Positions 47,964 to 60,631 of a stretch of 64,000 bases of DNA are shown here, one piece after another. Position numbers and translations under genes: made by a program. The notes beneath the pieces are model-generated. The model was not told the DNA's origin. It searched no databases and worked only from the letters and a program-made list of their open reading frames with translations. This stretch comes from Rhizaria sp. SCN 62-66 (Eukaryota): positions 62,001-126,000 of the forward strand of contig MEDY01000660.1 in NCBI GenBank assembly GCA_001724265.1. The letters run 5' to 3'. Positions within the stretch are counted from its first letter, which is position 1; the number at the start of each line of letters is the position of its first letter.

Positions 47964-48394
47964 TCGCTGCACCACAACGCCTCGCCCAGCATGGCGTACC
48001 GCAGCGCGCACCTCAAGGCGTTCATGGTGGGGCCCCCGGCGCCCGGCGCGGCGCACGCTGTCAGCCCCGCCACCGCTACCACTAGTGGAAGTGGCTTGAA
48101 CGCGTTTTCATCGTCGTCGTCATCGCGCTCGCTGCCGGCGGTCGGCAAGGTGCCCGCCCCCGGCCAGCAACAGCAGCTGCAGCAGCAGCAGCAGCCCAAG
48201 TCACAGTCCCCGCCTCAGCACTATGCCTACAACAGCACGAGAGCGGCCAACGCCAACGCCGCCGCCGCCGCCGCGGGCTCGTCGAGCAAGTTCGCCTCTG
48301 TCCCCATCGCCCTGTCGCCGCCCCTCAGCACCGGCGCGGGAGGCATGCCGCCGCTGGCGCCCTCAGGCGGCGGCGCGACCGGTCTGCCCGTGAC

Positions 48395-48446
<52 letters not shown>

Positions 48447-51400
48447 AGGCCGCCCGTGCTGAGCTACACCGGCAGCGCGGGCGCGCACATCCACAACAGC
48501 CCGCCGCTGGCCGCCTCCGTCGCAGTTACAGGCCCCCCGGTCGCGGGCGCGGTCGGTGCCGGCGCCGGAGGCAGCCCGCAGTCGCAGACGTCGCAGGCGC
48601 TGTCTCTGTCGTCGGCCTCGCAGTCGCGCGCGGCCCCGCTGTCGGCCACAGTGGCCACGGGCGCGGCCGCGGTCGCCGCCACGGCCACCGCGACCGCGGG
48701 CTTTGCGCCCAGCAGCGCCACAACGCTCTCGCACTCGGGTAGCACCGCCAGCGGCTCGCTCTCGCAGTCGTTCACGCAGTCGCAACATGCGCCCGCGCCG
48801 GGGCTGGGACTGGCGCAGGGCCAGACGCTGGCGCAGGGCCAGGGCCAGCACCTGTCTCCACCGAGCGCGAGTGTGGCCCTGGGCGCGAGCCCGGCCGGGA
48901 GCGTGGGGCAACTGCGCAGCGGCGGCGGCGGCAGCATTGCCAGCAGCCGCGGCTCCGGCTCAGGCTCTCTCAGCGTCAGCGTCAGCGCCCATAACACCAG
49001 CGGCGGCGGCGGCGGCGGCGCGCTTGCCGCGGCCAGAGGGCTGTCACCGCTCACGGGCAGCGTCAACGCTGCCAGCGCGAGTGCGAGCGCGAACAGTACG
49101 ATGCCGCCGCGGCCGCCGTATCTGGTGACGTCGCCGACCAACGCTAACTACAACCTTGCCTACACCAGCAGCAGCAGCAGCGGCGGCGCGGGGGCCGGGT
49201 TGGCGGGCGCGAGCGGGAGCCCCATCGGCGCGCTCAACATCACCGCTGGCGCCATGGGCAGCAACAACGCCAACAACAACGCCAACGCCGTGAACCCCGC
49301 CGTGGCGGCGGCGGCCACCAGAGGCGCCGGCCCCAGCTCGCCCGGCGTCGGCGCCGGCGGCAGCACGGGCTCCGGAAGCACCCAGAGCCTCAACCTCAGC
49401 CTCGGCGGCATGCCGCATCCGCTGGGCTCGGCGTCCAACCCCAGCAACAACAACAGCACGAGTAGTCTTCCCAATACAAACAGCCTGCCCAACGGCGGCA
49501 GCCTCCCCAATGCCGCGAGCGGCGGCGGCGGCGGCAGTCCTCCGAGTCTGGTGAGCCCCTTCAGCATCATGGCAGGCGTGCCCTCGGCAGCCGCCGTCTC
49601 CGCCGCCAACGCCGCGAGTGGCACTGGCTTCGCCCCGCAGCAGGGGCTAGGGCTAGGGTTCACCGCGAGCGGCGGCAGCGGCAGCGGCGGCGGCGGCGCG
49701 CAGTTCCCGGACCTGGGGGCGCCGCAGGGCTTCGCGTCACAGCAGCCCGGAGCGGGGGGGCTCCAGCAGCAGTCGCTGCAGCGCCAGTCGAGCATGCAGT
49801 ACTACGCGGGCCCGAACGGGCTCAGCCCCTCGGGCCTGGGCATGGGCTCCGTCGGCTCCGTCGGCGGCGGCCTGGGCTCCCCGCTGGGCCGCATGTCACC
49901 CGACCCCGTCTACGCCTCGGCCGCCGCGGTGACGACAGTGCTGGGGCCGTCAATGTCGGTCTCCCGCCGCCCGCACTCGCGCACGGGCTCCACAGCCTCG
50001 GCCGCCACGCTCGCGGGCTCGGCCGTGGGGCTGGCCGGCGACCCCGCGCTGCTGTTGTCGCCGCGCGACGCCGCCTTTGCGCTCCACGGCAACACAGGAT
50101 ACATGGTCGCGGCCGGCGCCAACGGGGGCGGGCCGATGATGCTCAACGGCCGCGCGTCGCGGGGGACCTCCCCGGGACAGGCGCTTCACTACGCGTCGCT
50201 CACGGCCGCGGGCGGCGCGGGCGGGCCAGGGCCGCTGCAGATGCAGATGCAGATGCCGGGCTCGGTCACCGCGCTGGGGCAGCCGGGCTCTGTGGGCGCG
50301 ATGAACCAGACTGGCAGCATGGTGATGATGCAGATGCCGCTCAACGCCTACCCGCCGGGCTCCCAAGCCCAGGCCCAGGCCCAGGCGCAACTGCAGGCGC
50401 AGATGCAGATGATGACACCGCAGCAGATGTATGCCAACAGCGGGATCGCCGTCGGCAACATGAGCGACCAGGCGGCCGCGCAGGCGCAGGTCGCGGCGCA
50501 CCAGCGGCACATGCACCTGCAGATGATGCACATGAACCAGGTCCACGCCGCGCAGGCGCAGGCGCACGCACAGGCCCAGGCCCAGGTCCAGGCGCAGGCG
50601 GGGCTGCTGCGGTCCGGCAGCCCCAAGACGGTGCTCAACAACAGCGGCGACGCGGCTGGTACCACGGCGGGGGGCAACGTGACGACGCAGCTGGCCAAGA
50701 CCAGCAGCAGCCACAGCAGCATGAACGGCAGCACCGGCAGCGGCCCGGGCTCAGGCTCCGGCGCCGGCGCTGGCAAGGGCATCACCAAGACGCCCTCGTC
50801 CCTGTCGCAGGCGCAGCTGGTCATGTCCCCGCCCAAGGCGCTCTCGATGCTGCCGCCGGGCGCCGCGGCTCCGGCCCCGGTGGTCGTGACGCTGCCCTCT
50901 GCCGCGGCGGCCGCGGCCTCGGGCACCGCGCCGCCTGTGTCGCTGCCGCTGGGCCCCACGCCCTCGGCGGCCGCTCTGACCGCGGGCGGCGTCGAAGCGG
51001 CGGCGCACCGCGCGTCGGCGCTAGCCGCGGCGGTGGCGAGCCAGGACGCCGCGGCCGCCTCGGCGCAGCAGAACTACGCGCGCCGCGGCAGCACCACGCA
51101 CAGCCTCGCGCTCGAGGCGCTTTCAGCCGAGGGCGCCGCGGCCTCGGCGGCGGCGGCGGCGGCGGCGGCCGTGTCGCGCGTGCTGATCCAGCAGCAGGCC
51201 GACGCCGTGGCCTCCGGAGACCCCGTCGCGATCGCCGCGGCAGACGCGGCGGCGGCCTCGGGGGCGGCTGCCGCGGCCGCCGCGGCCGAAGTCGCGGTCT
51301 CGGCCGCCGCCGCCGTCGCGGCTGCCACGGCGGCCGACGCGGCCGAGGGCAAGAGCAACTCGGACAGCGCGGCCGAAGCTGCGCCCGCGGGGTCCGGCGC

Positions 51401-53543
51401 CGGCTCCACCTTGGGCGGGGCCAACATCCCGCCCGGCGGGCTCTCGGCCGCCGTGCTCACGCGGCTGGGCTCGACGGACGCGGTGATCCGCGCGACGATG
51501 ACGCCCCGCACGCGCGCGGCGACGGCGGCGGACCACACCAAGGCGCTCGAGGCGCGCAAGGAGCAACTGCAGCGCGAGGAGGAGGCCGCTGAGGAGGAGG
51601 AACGCGTGACGCTCGCGCTCTTCAAGGAGCTTGCGGACACGGCCAAGGAGGACGTTACGGGCGGGTTCAACAAGTACACACGCACCATGGCGCTGGCGGG
51701 CCGGCACTCGTTCTGCACGCCGGGCGACCTGTACAACCTCATTATGATCCCCCACGACGGGCTGCTCATGGCGCACATCGCCAAGCCGCTGCTGCGCATC
51801 GTCGACTGCCGCCGCAGGGAGGAGTACCTCGTCGAGCACATCCGCGGCGCCATCCACCTCACCGAGTGCACCACGGGCGCGGCGCGCAACGCGCTTAACA
51901 CGACGCCGCTGTTCGAGCAGCGCGCGGCGGCGTTGGACCCGCGCAACTCGATCGTCTTCTACGGCGCCGAGGAGGTCGAGGAAGCGGGCCCCACGAACCC
52001 GTTGGCCAGCCCGGCCACCGGTGCCGGCGGGGCCACCGAGAGAGGTGGCGCCGCGGGCGCTGCGGGCGCGGGCGCAGGCGACACGGGCGGCAAGAAGGTG
52101 CGCTACACGAAGCTGCACGCGAAGCTGGTGCAGGTGCTTGCAATGGTTGACGACGGCGTGTCGCGCCTGCTCACGCTGCGCGGCGGGCTACGGCAGTTCA
52201 AGAAACAATTCCCGTTTCTCGTGTGCAACATCCCGCACGACGTGGTGCCCGACCTGGAGGGCATGCAGCAGCAGCAGAACAGCGAGGCCGGCAACTACAG
52301 CGGCGGCGGCGGCGGCTACGAAGGGTCCGAGTACGGCGGCTACAACAATGCGCCGTCGATCGCAGGCAGCTGGCAGTCGCTGAACCACCTGCAGTCGGGC
52401 GCTTTTTCCCCGGCATCGCCCAGCCGCAAGCGCTCGCCGTCGCGGCGGCGCGACTTCTCGGACCGCGCGGCCAAGAAGCAGAGCGCGATCAACAACAGCG
52501 CCGCCAAGGCGGACCGGCACAACGCGGCAGCGCTCGCGGCGCAGCACGGCGCGCGCGGCCACCACGGCCACCACGGCAACAGCCAGAACACGCCTGCGAC
52601 CAACGCCCAGTGGGGCGCCTCGCCGGGCCACAGCGGCGGCGGCAGCGCCAACACGCAGCGCGGGCGCGGGCGCGGGACGCCGGCGATTCCGGGCGTGACG
52701 ACCGCGGGCGTGATGAACGGGCTCACTGAGGACCAGCAGCGCTACGGGCGCGACTACAAGGGCCCGCCGATTGCGCGCGCGCTCGCAATGGGGTACTTGG
52801 CGCCCGTGCGCGGCCGCCACGCTGTGTACTTCTGCTCGTTCCAGATTCCGCGGTCCGAGGTTGCGTTCCTCCGCATGCTGCACCTGTGCCAGGGCGACGG
52901 CGCGGTCGACGAGGCTGAGTTCGCGGGCTCGCTCCAGAACGGACACAAGATCCCCGGCACGTCGGCACTTGAGTTCGACGCAGACCTCAACGTGTATCCC
53001 AACTTGATTCTCGATCCGTGGCTGTTTTTGGGTGACCAGCGGTGCTCGTGGTCGCTGGCGTCGCTGCTGGACCTGCAAATCACGCATATTATCAACATTT
53101 CGACCGATATCTGCAACTACTTCGAAGACCACCCCGCGGCTCGACTGGCAAACGACAAGACGATCAAGTACCTCACGATCCGCATGCACGACGATCAGAA
53201 CTCTGACATCCTGTCCCAGTTCGCGATGGTGTTCAATTTCATCGACATGGCTAAGAAGACTGATCAGAACGCCAAGATCATGGTGCACTGCCAGATGGGC
53301 ATTTCGCGCTCCGCCTCGCTTATCATCGCCTACATCATGCACCTCACGCGTCAGTCGCTGCAGGACACCTTTTACTACGTCAAGATGCGCCGCTACATCG
53401 TGCAGCCCAACCGCGGCTTCTGGGTCCAGCTGGGCGCAGTCGAGCGCCAGCTGCGCGGCGGCCTCACCACCGTCTACGACATCCTCGAGGCAGGCATGCG
53501 GCGCGAGGAAACCAGCGCCTGCAACTGTTGCACCATCGCGTAA
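47301..53543 (+). CDS. MAP-kinase-phosphatase-like protein (rhodanese + dual-specificity phosphatase), 2,080 aa, single exon, C-terminal CaaX
   Basis: Rhodanese-like IVDCRRREEYLVEHIRGAIHL...LRGGLRQFKKQFP. DSP motifs YPNLILDPWLFLG, MHDD acid loop, VHCQMGISRSASLIIAYIM, RYIVQPNRGFWVQL. Ends CNCCTIA-TAA. Confidence 0.88.
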
Positions 53544-53566
53544 GTCGCGACAGTGATCGAGTTATG

Positions 53567-53570
<4 letters not shown>

Positions 53571-53604
<34 letters not shown>
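53571..53604. repeat. (GT)17 microsatellite just downstream of the phosphatase stop
   Basis: Directly visible. Confidence 0.9.
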
Positions 53605-53609
<5 letters not shown>

Positions 53610-55637
53610 ACAAGTTAAGACGTGCTTTTTCTTGATTGCAGTGTTGGGCTGTGTGTAAGAGATTTAGTGGAGTCGTTTTCTGACCGTGCTACTGCACCTT
53701 TTTTTGCAGCGCCACGTGTTAGTTTTGTCGCATTCTGAGACTGTGACATCTCGAGTTATTGTGTGGTGTTTTTTTGGTGTAGCTCTAACTCACGGATAAC
53801 AATGTCATCTTCACTTTAAATGATGTTGTTGTTCCTCTGTAAACAAAGCAACCAGAATAATCAACTACTCGCATTGATTCGATGTGAGCACATCTCTCCA
53901 CTGCTTACTTTCTGTTCTTGTATTCGTACAACACGTTCACTCACTCGCTCGCACGCGCGTACACGCCTGATTACGCGTACAAACTGGTGCTGCTGCGGTT
54001 TGCCGTCGCTATCATTGTCGTTGTTACTGTCTCACAGTCTGTATCTTTGTCATTGCTCCTCCAGTCTTGTTTTACCCTTCCGACAGTTTTAGCTACACTC
54101 ACTGTCGTTGTCACCCACTTGTATCTCCTTTCTTTTTCCTGTCGCGCTCTCAGTCAGCTGCTGTTGCGCTCGCTCGCATTCCCCTTTTTATTGCAGTCAT
54201 TGTCTGTCGGCTCAGTTACTGTCACGTGCAAAGTGGTGCGACTTTCGCAACTCTCTTTTGTACAACAAGAATAGTGTGACGTAACGTTCAAGCTCAGTGT
54301 CTGTGTTGTCTTACATATGAATATCGTCATGTGTCTCGTTCGTCACTCATGTCGATTATTATTTGAGTTGCACTCACAAGTTTTTTTTAAAATGAATGTC
54401 TGATTTGTTATTTATTATGTTCTTGAGTTGTTGTTTTTTCTTTGTTTTTTCTTTTGCTATCACAGCTGTTCTCTCTCTCTCCCTCCTTCGCTGCAATTAA
54501 TAACGCTCTCGCAGCAGAGACTGAGACTGGGACTGAGACGGAGATGAGCCAAATTGAGAGTGTCACAACAGCGTTTTGTTATTGTCGTTGTTGTATTTTC
54601 TCTCATGTTCGTCGTAGTGTGTCACTATTTCAACGACGACGGTGCTTCATTCAAAGCCCGCCGTTAATAACCTTTAATGTCACCCATATCTACACAACAA
54701 ACGTCATCATCTTTGGCTCTCGTTTTTCTATCTCGTCCTCGTGGTTATCGCTGTCTCGCTCTCGCCCTTAATCACAACACACACACTCTCTTTATCTCTC
54801 TCTTAGTGTTGCGAGCTCAGACACGTTACCTCGACCTCTTCAATGATCTAACACTCGCGCGCTCACGCACTTACTCAACACGCTGTCAGCTATCGCTGTC
54901 CCCTTTGCTGCTCTTCCTTTACACACTCGCTCCGTCTGCCTTCAATCTCTGTTTCTCCCAGACACTCCATAATATGTTACTCCACCTATCCTAAATTATT
55001 CGTTTCGTTCCTTAGTTCGCTGCATTCGCTTGGGTCGTACACGTAACACTCCTAATATTAATAGTTAGTATGCGTACGCGTCTCCGATCCGTGCCTCCCA
55101 TTAACTTCATACACACTCATTAACTGATTTTTTCAATAATAATAATAATGCCTTCCTAAACAACACCTTCTTTCATACATGAAAACCATATCCAAACCTC
55201 AATATACCTTTCTTCTCAATTACATCTTCTTTGTTTCATGAATGTCGGCATGAAGCAGTCGTTTCTGCTGGCGGGCGGGCTGAGCCAGCTGGACGGTCAG
55301 TCCAGAAGTGACCGTGAGCTGATGGGTAAGCCGTACTTAGCCTGAGATACTAAGGGGCCTGACTCTCACCCTAAGATTTCTTTCTGATGCATGAAATCAA
55401 TCTAGCTGTCGAAGATCTAAAGGAATCAGTAAGAAATAGTAACCTTTCTTAAGTTCTACTGTATTTCCTGCATGCTACTTCAGAGATGTTTACAGCCTGA
55501 AAAACGCACCCACGAAAGGCATGCGATCATCTGGTCAGCTGCATCTCGATCGCCTTCTTAACCCGATTTCTCGGCACTGTTGCTCACCCTGCTTCTGTTT
55601 TTAATTCGTACTTCTTCTCCACAGCAACTCTTTCCAC

Positions 55638-56248
55638 ATGTCTTGGTCCGCCTACACTGACAAGCTCGTCAACGACTCCCCCGCTGACATGGCTGCCTTC
55701 GTCTCCCTCGAGAACAAGGCCATCTGGGCCCAGACCGGCGTCACCATGACCGCCGACGAGGCTGCCAAGCTCGTCGCCCTCGTCAACGGCGATGCTGCTG
55801 CCCAGGGTGCTGCTGCTGCTGTACGTATTTCTTTTTAAGAAATTTGTAAACCCCCTCATCTATCCCGCCATATCTTCTCTTGAGATAGCTGGCACGCGCC
55901 CCACGCCCCATCAAGCTCTAAATCCCTAACAGAACCTTATCGCTCACTTCCTTGTTTGCAATCTTTATTTTATTTCTTTCCCCGTTTTGCCTGTATCTTT
56001 CTCTTCTTTCTCGTTCCCTTTTTATGCTACAGTCCGGTGTCTTCATCGGCGGCGAGAAGTACATGTTCGTCAACGTCCTCGACAACACTGTTAACCTCAA
56101 GAAGGGCACCGGTGGCGCTGTTATCGTCAAGTCCAAGCAGCTCGCGATCCTCCTCGCCTACAAGCCCAACGACAAGGCCATCTCCAACTCCCAGATCCTC
56201 ACCTACGCCTCCAAGTGCGCCGCCACCATGGCCTCCAAGGGCTACTAA
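55638..56248 (+). CDS. PFN: Profilin, 132 aa; exons 55638..55820, 56033..56248
   Basis: MSWSAYTDKL...AIWAQ...GVFIGGEKYM...KKGTGGAVIVKSKQ...SKGY. Phase-0 GTACGT..CAG intron. TAA stop. Confidence 0.92.
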
Positions 56249-56762
56249 GCAACTCGTCCGTTATCTCGGATGTCTGTCGCTTCCGCTTCACTCTGACCCG
56301 ACCCCTCATCTCGTTCACCCTCTTCTCTCTTGTGCATTGAGTCAGTCACCGCGGGCGCTGTCTGCGTCATTCCTCTCGCGCACGCTTTTGCGCTCGGGGA
56401 ATGGCGCGCAGTGACTGCAGCTGGTTGACTCCATGTGTAAAAGGAAGCGGGTGACTGCCGTCGGGCGCAGTGGCGCTTATCAACTCTACCTGTAATACAA
56501 TTCTCTATTAACAACCTCCAGCACACGCACACAGAACAACAACACCTGCTACGAATCGCTTCATAACTCGTTCAACTGCTGCTTGAGTCGCTTTCTAAAA
56601 TGACTCGTCAACATGACACAGCTTCTGCTTTGCTGTGACTTGGGCTCCAAACAAAAGTGTTCATCTGGCACATCTCATAATTAACGTCACGTACTACTCA
56701 GAGAATGCCAATGTGTCATCATTTCGTAAGTCAGTGTCCTGTTAAGCAAGAAGTCACTAGTC

Positions 56763-56789
56763 AAAAAAAAAAAAAAAAAAAAAAAAAAA
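56763..56789. repeat. Poly(A) tract, ~27 nt, between the convergent profilin and ArfGAP 3' ends
   Basis: Directly visible homopolymer. Confidence 0.9.
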
Positions 56790-57330
56790 GTAGTAACTAC
56801 AAGCATTGTTTGTGTATTATGCGTGATAAAAAGTTACTTTTAAAACAAACAAAACAGCAACAAAATAAACATTATTACTCTTGATACTCCATAGTATTCT
56901 TACTCCGACAGAATCTACGACAAATCTGTTAAGCTGTGTTGTAACGCAGATTACATGGCATACATCATCACAAGACAACACCGAGACAAGTGATGACGCA
57001 GAGCGGACAATGCAGAAAAAAAACATAATACTTGGATACATAACATGGTGGTTTGAAAAAACTTCATTAATAATGTCAGATAGAGCATGCGCTGTGATTG
57101 AGAGAATAAAACAATCGAATACAGAACGAAAAATCACGGTAGAACGAAAAGGAAAGAAACAAAAAAAAAAATCACAACAACAACTGCGGCACAAAAGCAT
57201 CTTACTTCGCTGACCTTCCGATACAGATACCAGCAGCACTCAAAAGTAGCTTGTCAAACGAAACTACTCCCGAGTCCCTCAGAGTAGAGATGTGCTGAAA
57301 GTCAGGCCGCGGCCTATCACCTCCGCGCGC

Positions 57331-57689
57331 TCAGAAAGAGCCCAGGTCGGCAAAGGCCTTGTCGGCGGCCTGCTGCGCGGCAGTGCGCTGCGGCTGCTGC
57401 TGAGGCTGCTGCTGAGGCTGCTGCTGCTGCATCATACCCATGCCGCCCATGCCGCCCATGGCGCCGCCGTAGCCGCCCATCTGACCGCCCATGCCGCCCA
57501 TCATGTTGTTGTTGTAGGCCATCTGAACGCCCATGCCGCCCATTTGGCCGCCCATGCCGCCCATCTGGTTGTTATAGCCCATCTGGCCGCCCATTTGGCC
57601 GTTGTAGCCCATGCCGCCCATGCCGCCCATGCCGGGACCCATCTGGCCGCCCATTTGCATCATGCGCTGTTGCTGCTGCATCATCATCA

Positions 57690-57721
<32 letters not shown>

Positions 57722-57794
57722 GGGGTCATCATCATGTTCATGCCGTTGTTGCCCATCATGTTGTTGTTGTTCATGGTGGTGCCACCCATCATCA

Positions 57795-57837
<43 letters not shown>

Positions 57838-59889
57838 GCCCACTCTGGGAGCAGTGCCAAAGGGATCGCTATTGTCGCTGAAACCCGCTCTAGAGCCAGC
57901 GCCAACCCCGCTGCCGCTGCCGCCCAGGCCGCCGCTAAAGCTGACGTTGCCCAGGGCATCGCCTCTGGGCGCAATGTCCGCAAACGGGTCGTCGTTCGCA
58001 GAGCTAGTGTTACTCTTGGCATTGCTCGCGACAGACGCAGTGGCGGCGGCGGCGGGCGCGGGCGCGGCGGCGTTGGAGCGCGCGGGCTTGTTGTTGGCGG
58101 TGGCCATGGCGGCGCCAAACACGTCGTCGTCGTCATCGTCGCCGGCGTCGGCCACGACGGCCGCAGCGGCAGCGGCAGCGGCGGGCGCGTTGGCGAACGG
58201 GTCGCTGCCGCCGAAGCCGTCATCGTGGCCGTGGCCGTGGCCGGCGGAGGCGGAGTGGCCTAAGTCAAACACGGACGACACGGACGCGGAGCCGGTGCCG
58301 GCGGGGGCGGGGGCGGGCGCGGGCGCGTGGGCCGCCAGCGACGAGGCCGAGGGCGCCATGCCGAACACGTCGTCGGTCGTGTCGACGCGGCCGAACGCAG
58401 GCATCGCCCCCGCCCCCGTGCCCGCGGGGGACGCGGTGATGGCGGGCACGCTGGAAGCGCCGGCGCCGACCGGGGCGGCGGCGAAGGCGGGCGAGGAATG
58501 CTCGCGCTGCGCCTTGGCCTGCGCGGTCAGCTGCGCGGCGGTGCCCACGGCGGCGGCGAACTGGCCCGCCGAGAGTCCGTGCGCGAGGACCGCGGCCGCC
58601 ATCGCCGTGGAGATGTCGCGCACCGCGCCTGCCAACGCCGCGTCCAGCGACGACGCCGGCAGCGCGTAGGGGAAAGAGACGTGCGCGAACAGCCGCGGCA
58701 GCGCACCAGCGCCAGCGACAGCGCCAGCAGTCGCAGTGGCAGTGGCAGCGGAGACGGGCAGGGGCAGGGGGGCAGTGAGGCTGTGGCCGTGGCCGTGAGC
58801 GTGAGCAGCAGCAGCAGGAGCGGCGGCGGCGGCGGAGGGCGCGGCACCAAAGACGTCGGCGTCAGGGTCCTCGTCCTTAAAGGTGAAGACGTCGTCGTCG
58901 TCGTCGTCACCGCCCGCAACAGCGCCGGCGGGGACCTGCGTCGGTGTCGCGAAGACGTCGAACGCGTGCGCGGGCGCGGGGGACGCGGGAGCCTCGCTGA
59001 GGAAGTCGGGGAAGATGTTGGCCGTGTTGCCCGAGGCCGAGATGGACTTGGAGGCGGGGCGCGCGCCCGCGGGCACGGGCGGCGCGCGGCGACCGCCCTG
59101 CGCGGTCGCGGGGGAGCCGGAGCCGGTGCCCGCGGAAGCGGCGGCGGCGGCCGCAGCGGAGGCCGGGCTGGACTGCGTGACGAGCGAGCCGCGGCGCGCG
59201 GGCACGCGCGGCAGCACGGCCGGGATCACACCGCCAGCGGCAGCTGCAGAGGAAGTCTTGGCTTCGGGGCTGAAGGGGTCGTGGCTCTTGTTGTTGCTGT
59301 TGTTCACGTTGCCGGAAGCGGCCTTCCAGCGCTCGTCGACGAAGCACTCGCGGATGAAGCGCGTGACGACGTCGGCGGGGGAGGTGTTAGTGGGGCGCTC
59401 GCCGGTGAAGCTGGCCAGGTACACCGACGCGACCTGCTTGTTACCGTGCGCCTCGAGCAGCGAAACCTGCCTCTCGGAGAAGTCAGTCATGTTGATCGTG
59501 TTGACCTGGTGGTTAGAGAACTGGCGGTGGCGACCGGCGCAGGGCGTGCAAATGAAGATGCCGAAAGGGAAGCAGACGTTCGACTGCAGGCCGGAGTGGC
59601 GGCAGTTGAAGCACTCCTGCGCGGGCGAGTAGTACAAGCATTAAAAGCGCGAAAGAAAATAAAACAGACGTTTAAAGTTAGCTAAACAGTCATAGTACTG
59701 TGGCATTAAAGTTACATTCCGAATAGACTCGATTACAAGACGTTGTAGAAGAAGAAAGGAGTAGACAGCACCGAGTCATGTTCGGCGCGTGGCGAGGAGA
59801 TAAGAGGGAGACAAAGGGGGGAATAAACGAACCTTGTTGCTGGCCAGGCGCTGGAGATGGCGCACACGCTCTTCAAGCTTCTTGCTCAT
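57331..59889 (-). CDS. ArfGAP-domain protein (AGFG/SMAP-like) with DPF motifs and Met/Gly-rich tail, ~780 aa; exons 59889..59833, 59616..57331
   Basis: NKECFNC-x17-CTPCAGRHR zinc finger with arginine finger, GNKQVASVYL, FIRECFVDERW. Repeated DPF/DVF motifs. GTTCGT..CAG intron in phase 0. TGA stop. Confidence 0.87.
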
Positions 59890-60631
59890 TCTAACTAGAA
59901 GAGCTGTGCTCGCTGTAGCCGGGCAAAAAGGGGTCGGGAAGGTGACACCAGCAGCGTCAGTGGAGAGAGACAGACCGGAGAATGAGGGCGGGGAAAGAAG
60001 CGTGTATACCCGCGCAGGCGAGGTTACTACAGTGATATTATAATAAAATACGAAAATAAAAACACCTAATATATCCCAAGCAGTTGCTCGAGTCGTTTTG
60101 CGCGATGCCACTTTGCCACGGTAGACTCACCCAATAAAATTTGCTTCTCGTCTAGGTACCCACTGGTCGGGATTGAACGAACTCATTTTTGGCCATGATG
60201 TGGACGATTTTGGACAGACCGTGGGGTCCTGGTGTCAGCGGTCGGTGGTCCTACTCAGAGCGGGGCGAGCGGGAGCGAGATCGAAATCTAGAGTCAATGT
60301 GGACCTTGATCAACGTGATTGCGAAAGTTTTTTTGATTTCGAAACTGCCCGAGCGATGGGGAGTATTCACTCAAATGCATCGTCTCTAACGCTATCATAT
60401 TGCGTCTATACAGAAGCATTGGTGCCAAGTCGTGAGCCCCTGTGTGCATCGTGAGGAGCCGCCTGTGCCCCGACCTCTGTACCGCTGTGTAATCTCGGTG
60501 TTTTCGTGTGCCCATCCAACCCTGCATGGTACTCCTCCTGATCTTGCTCTCACGCTATTTGTCCACGCGACTGAATGTATCTTCACCGCGTTTCTCGCCT
60601 TGTTTGTGCTCTGCTGCAGAAGTAAGAAATA

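Noticed and set aside
57430-57660. Regularly spaced repeats resembling a CRISPR or other array
   Set aside because: These are in-frame Met/Gly/Gln coding repeats of the ArfGAP tail, with no unique spacers or cas genes, in a eukaryotic context.
887-59685. Numerous long antisense and alternate-frame ORFs (e.g. 12463..14325, 28123..29472, 58327..59685)
   Set aside because: These are shadows of GC-rich, repeat-rich coding exons and carry no domain motifs.
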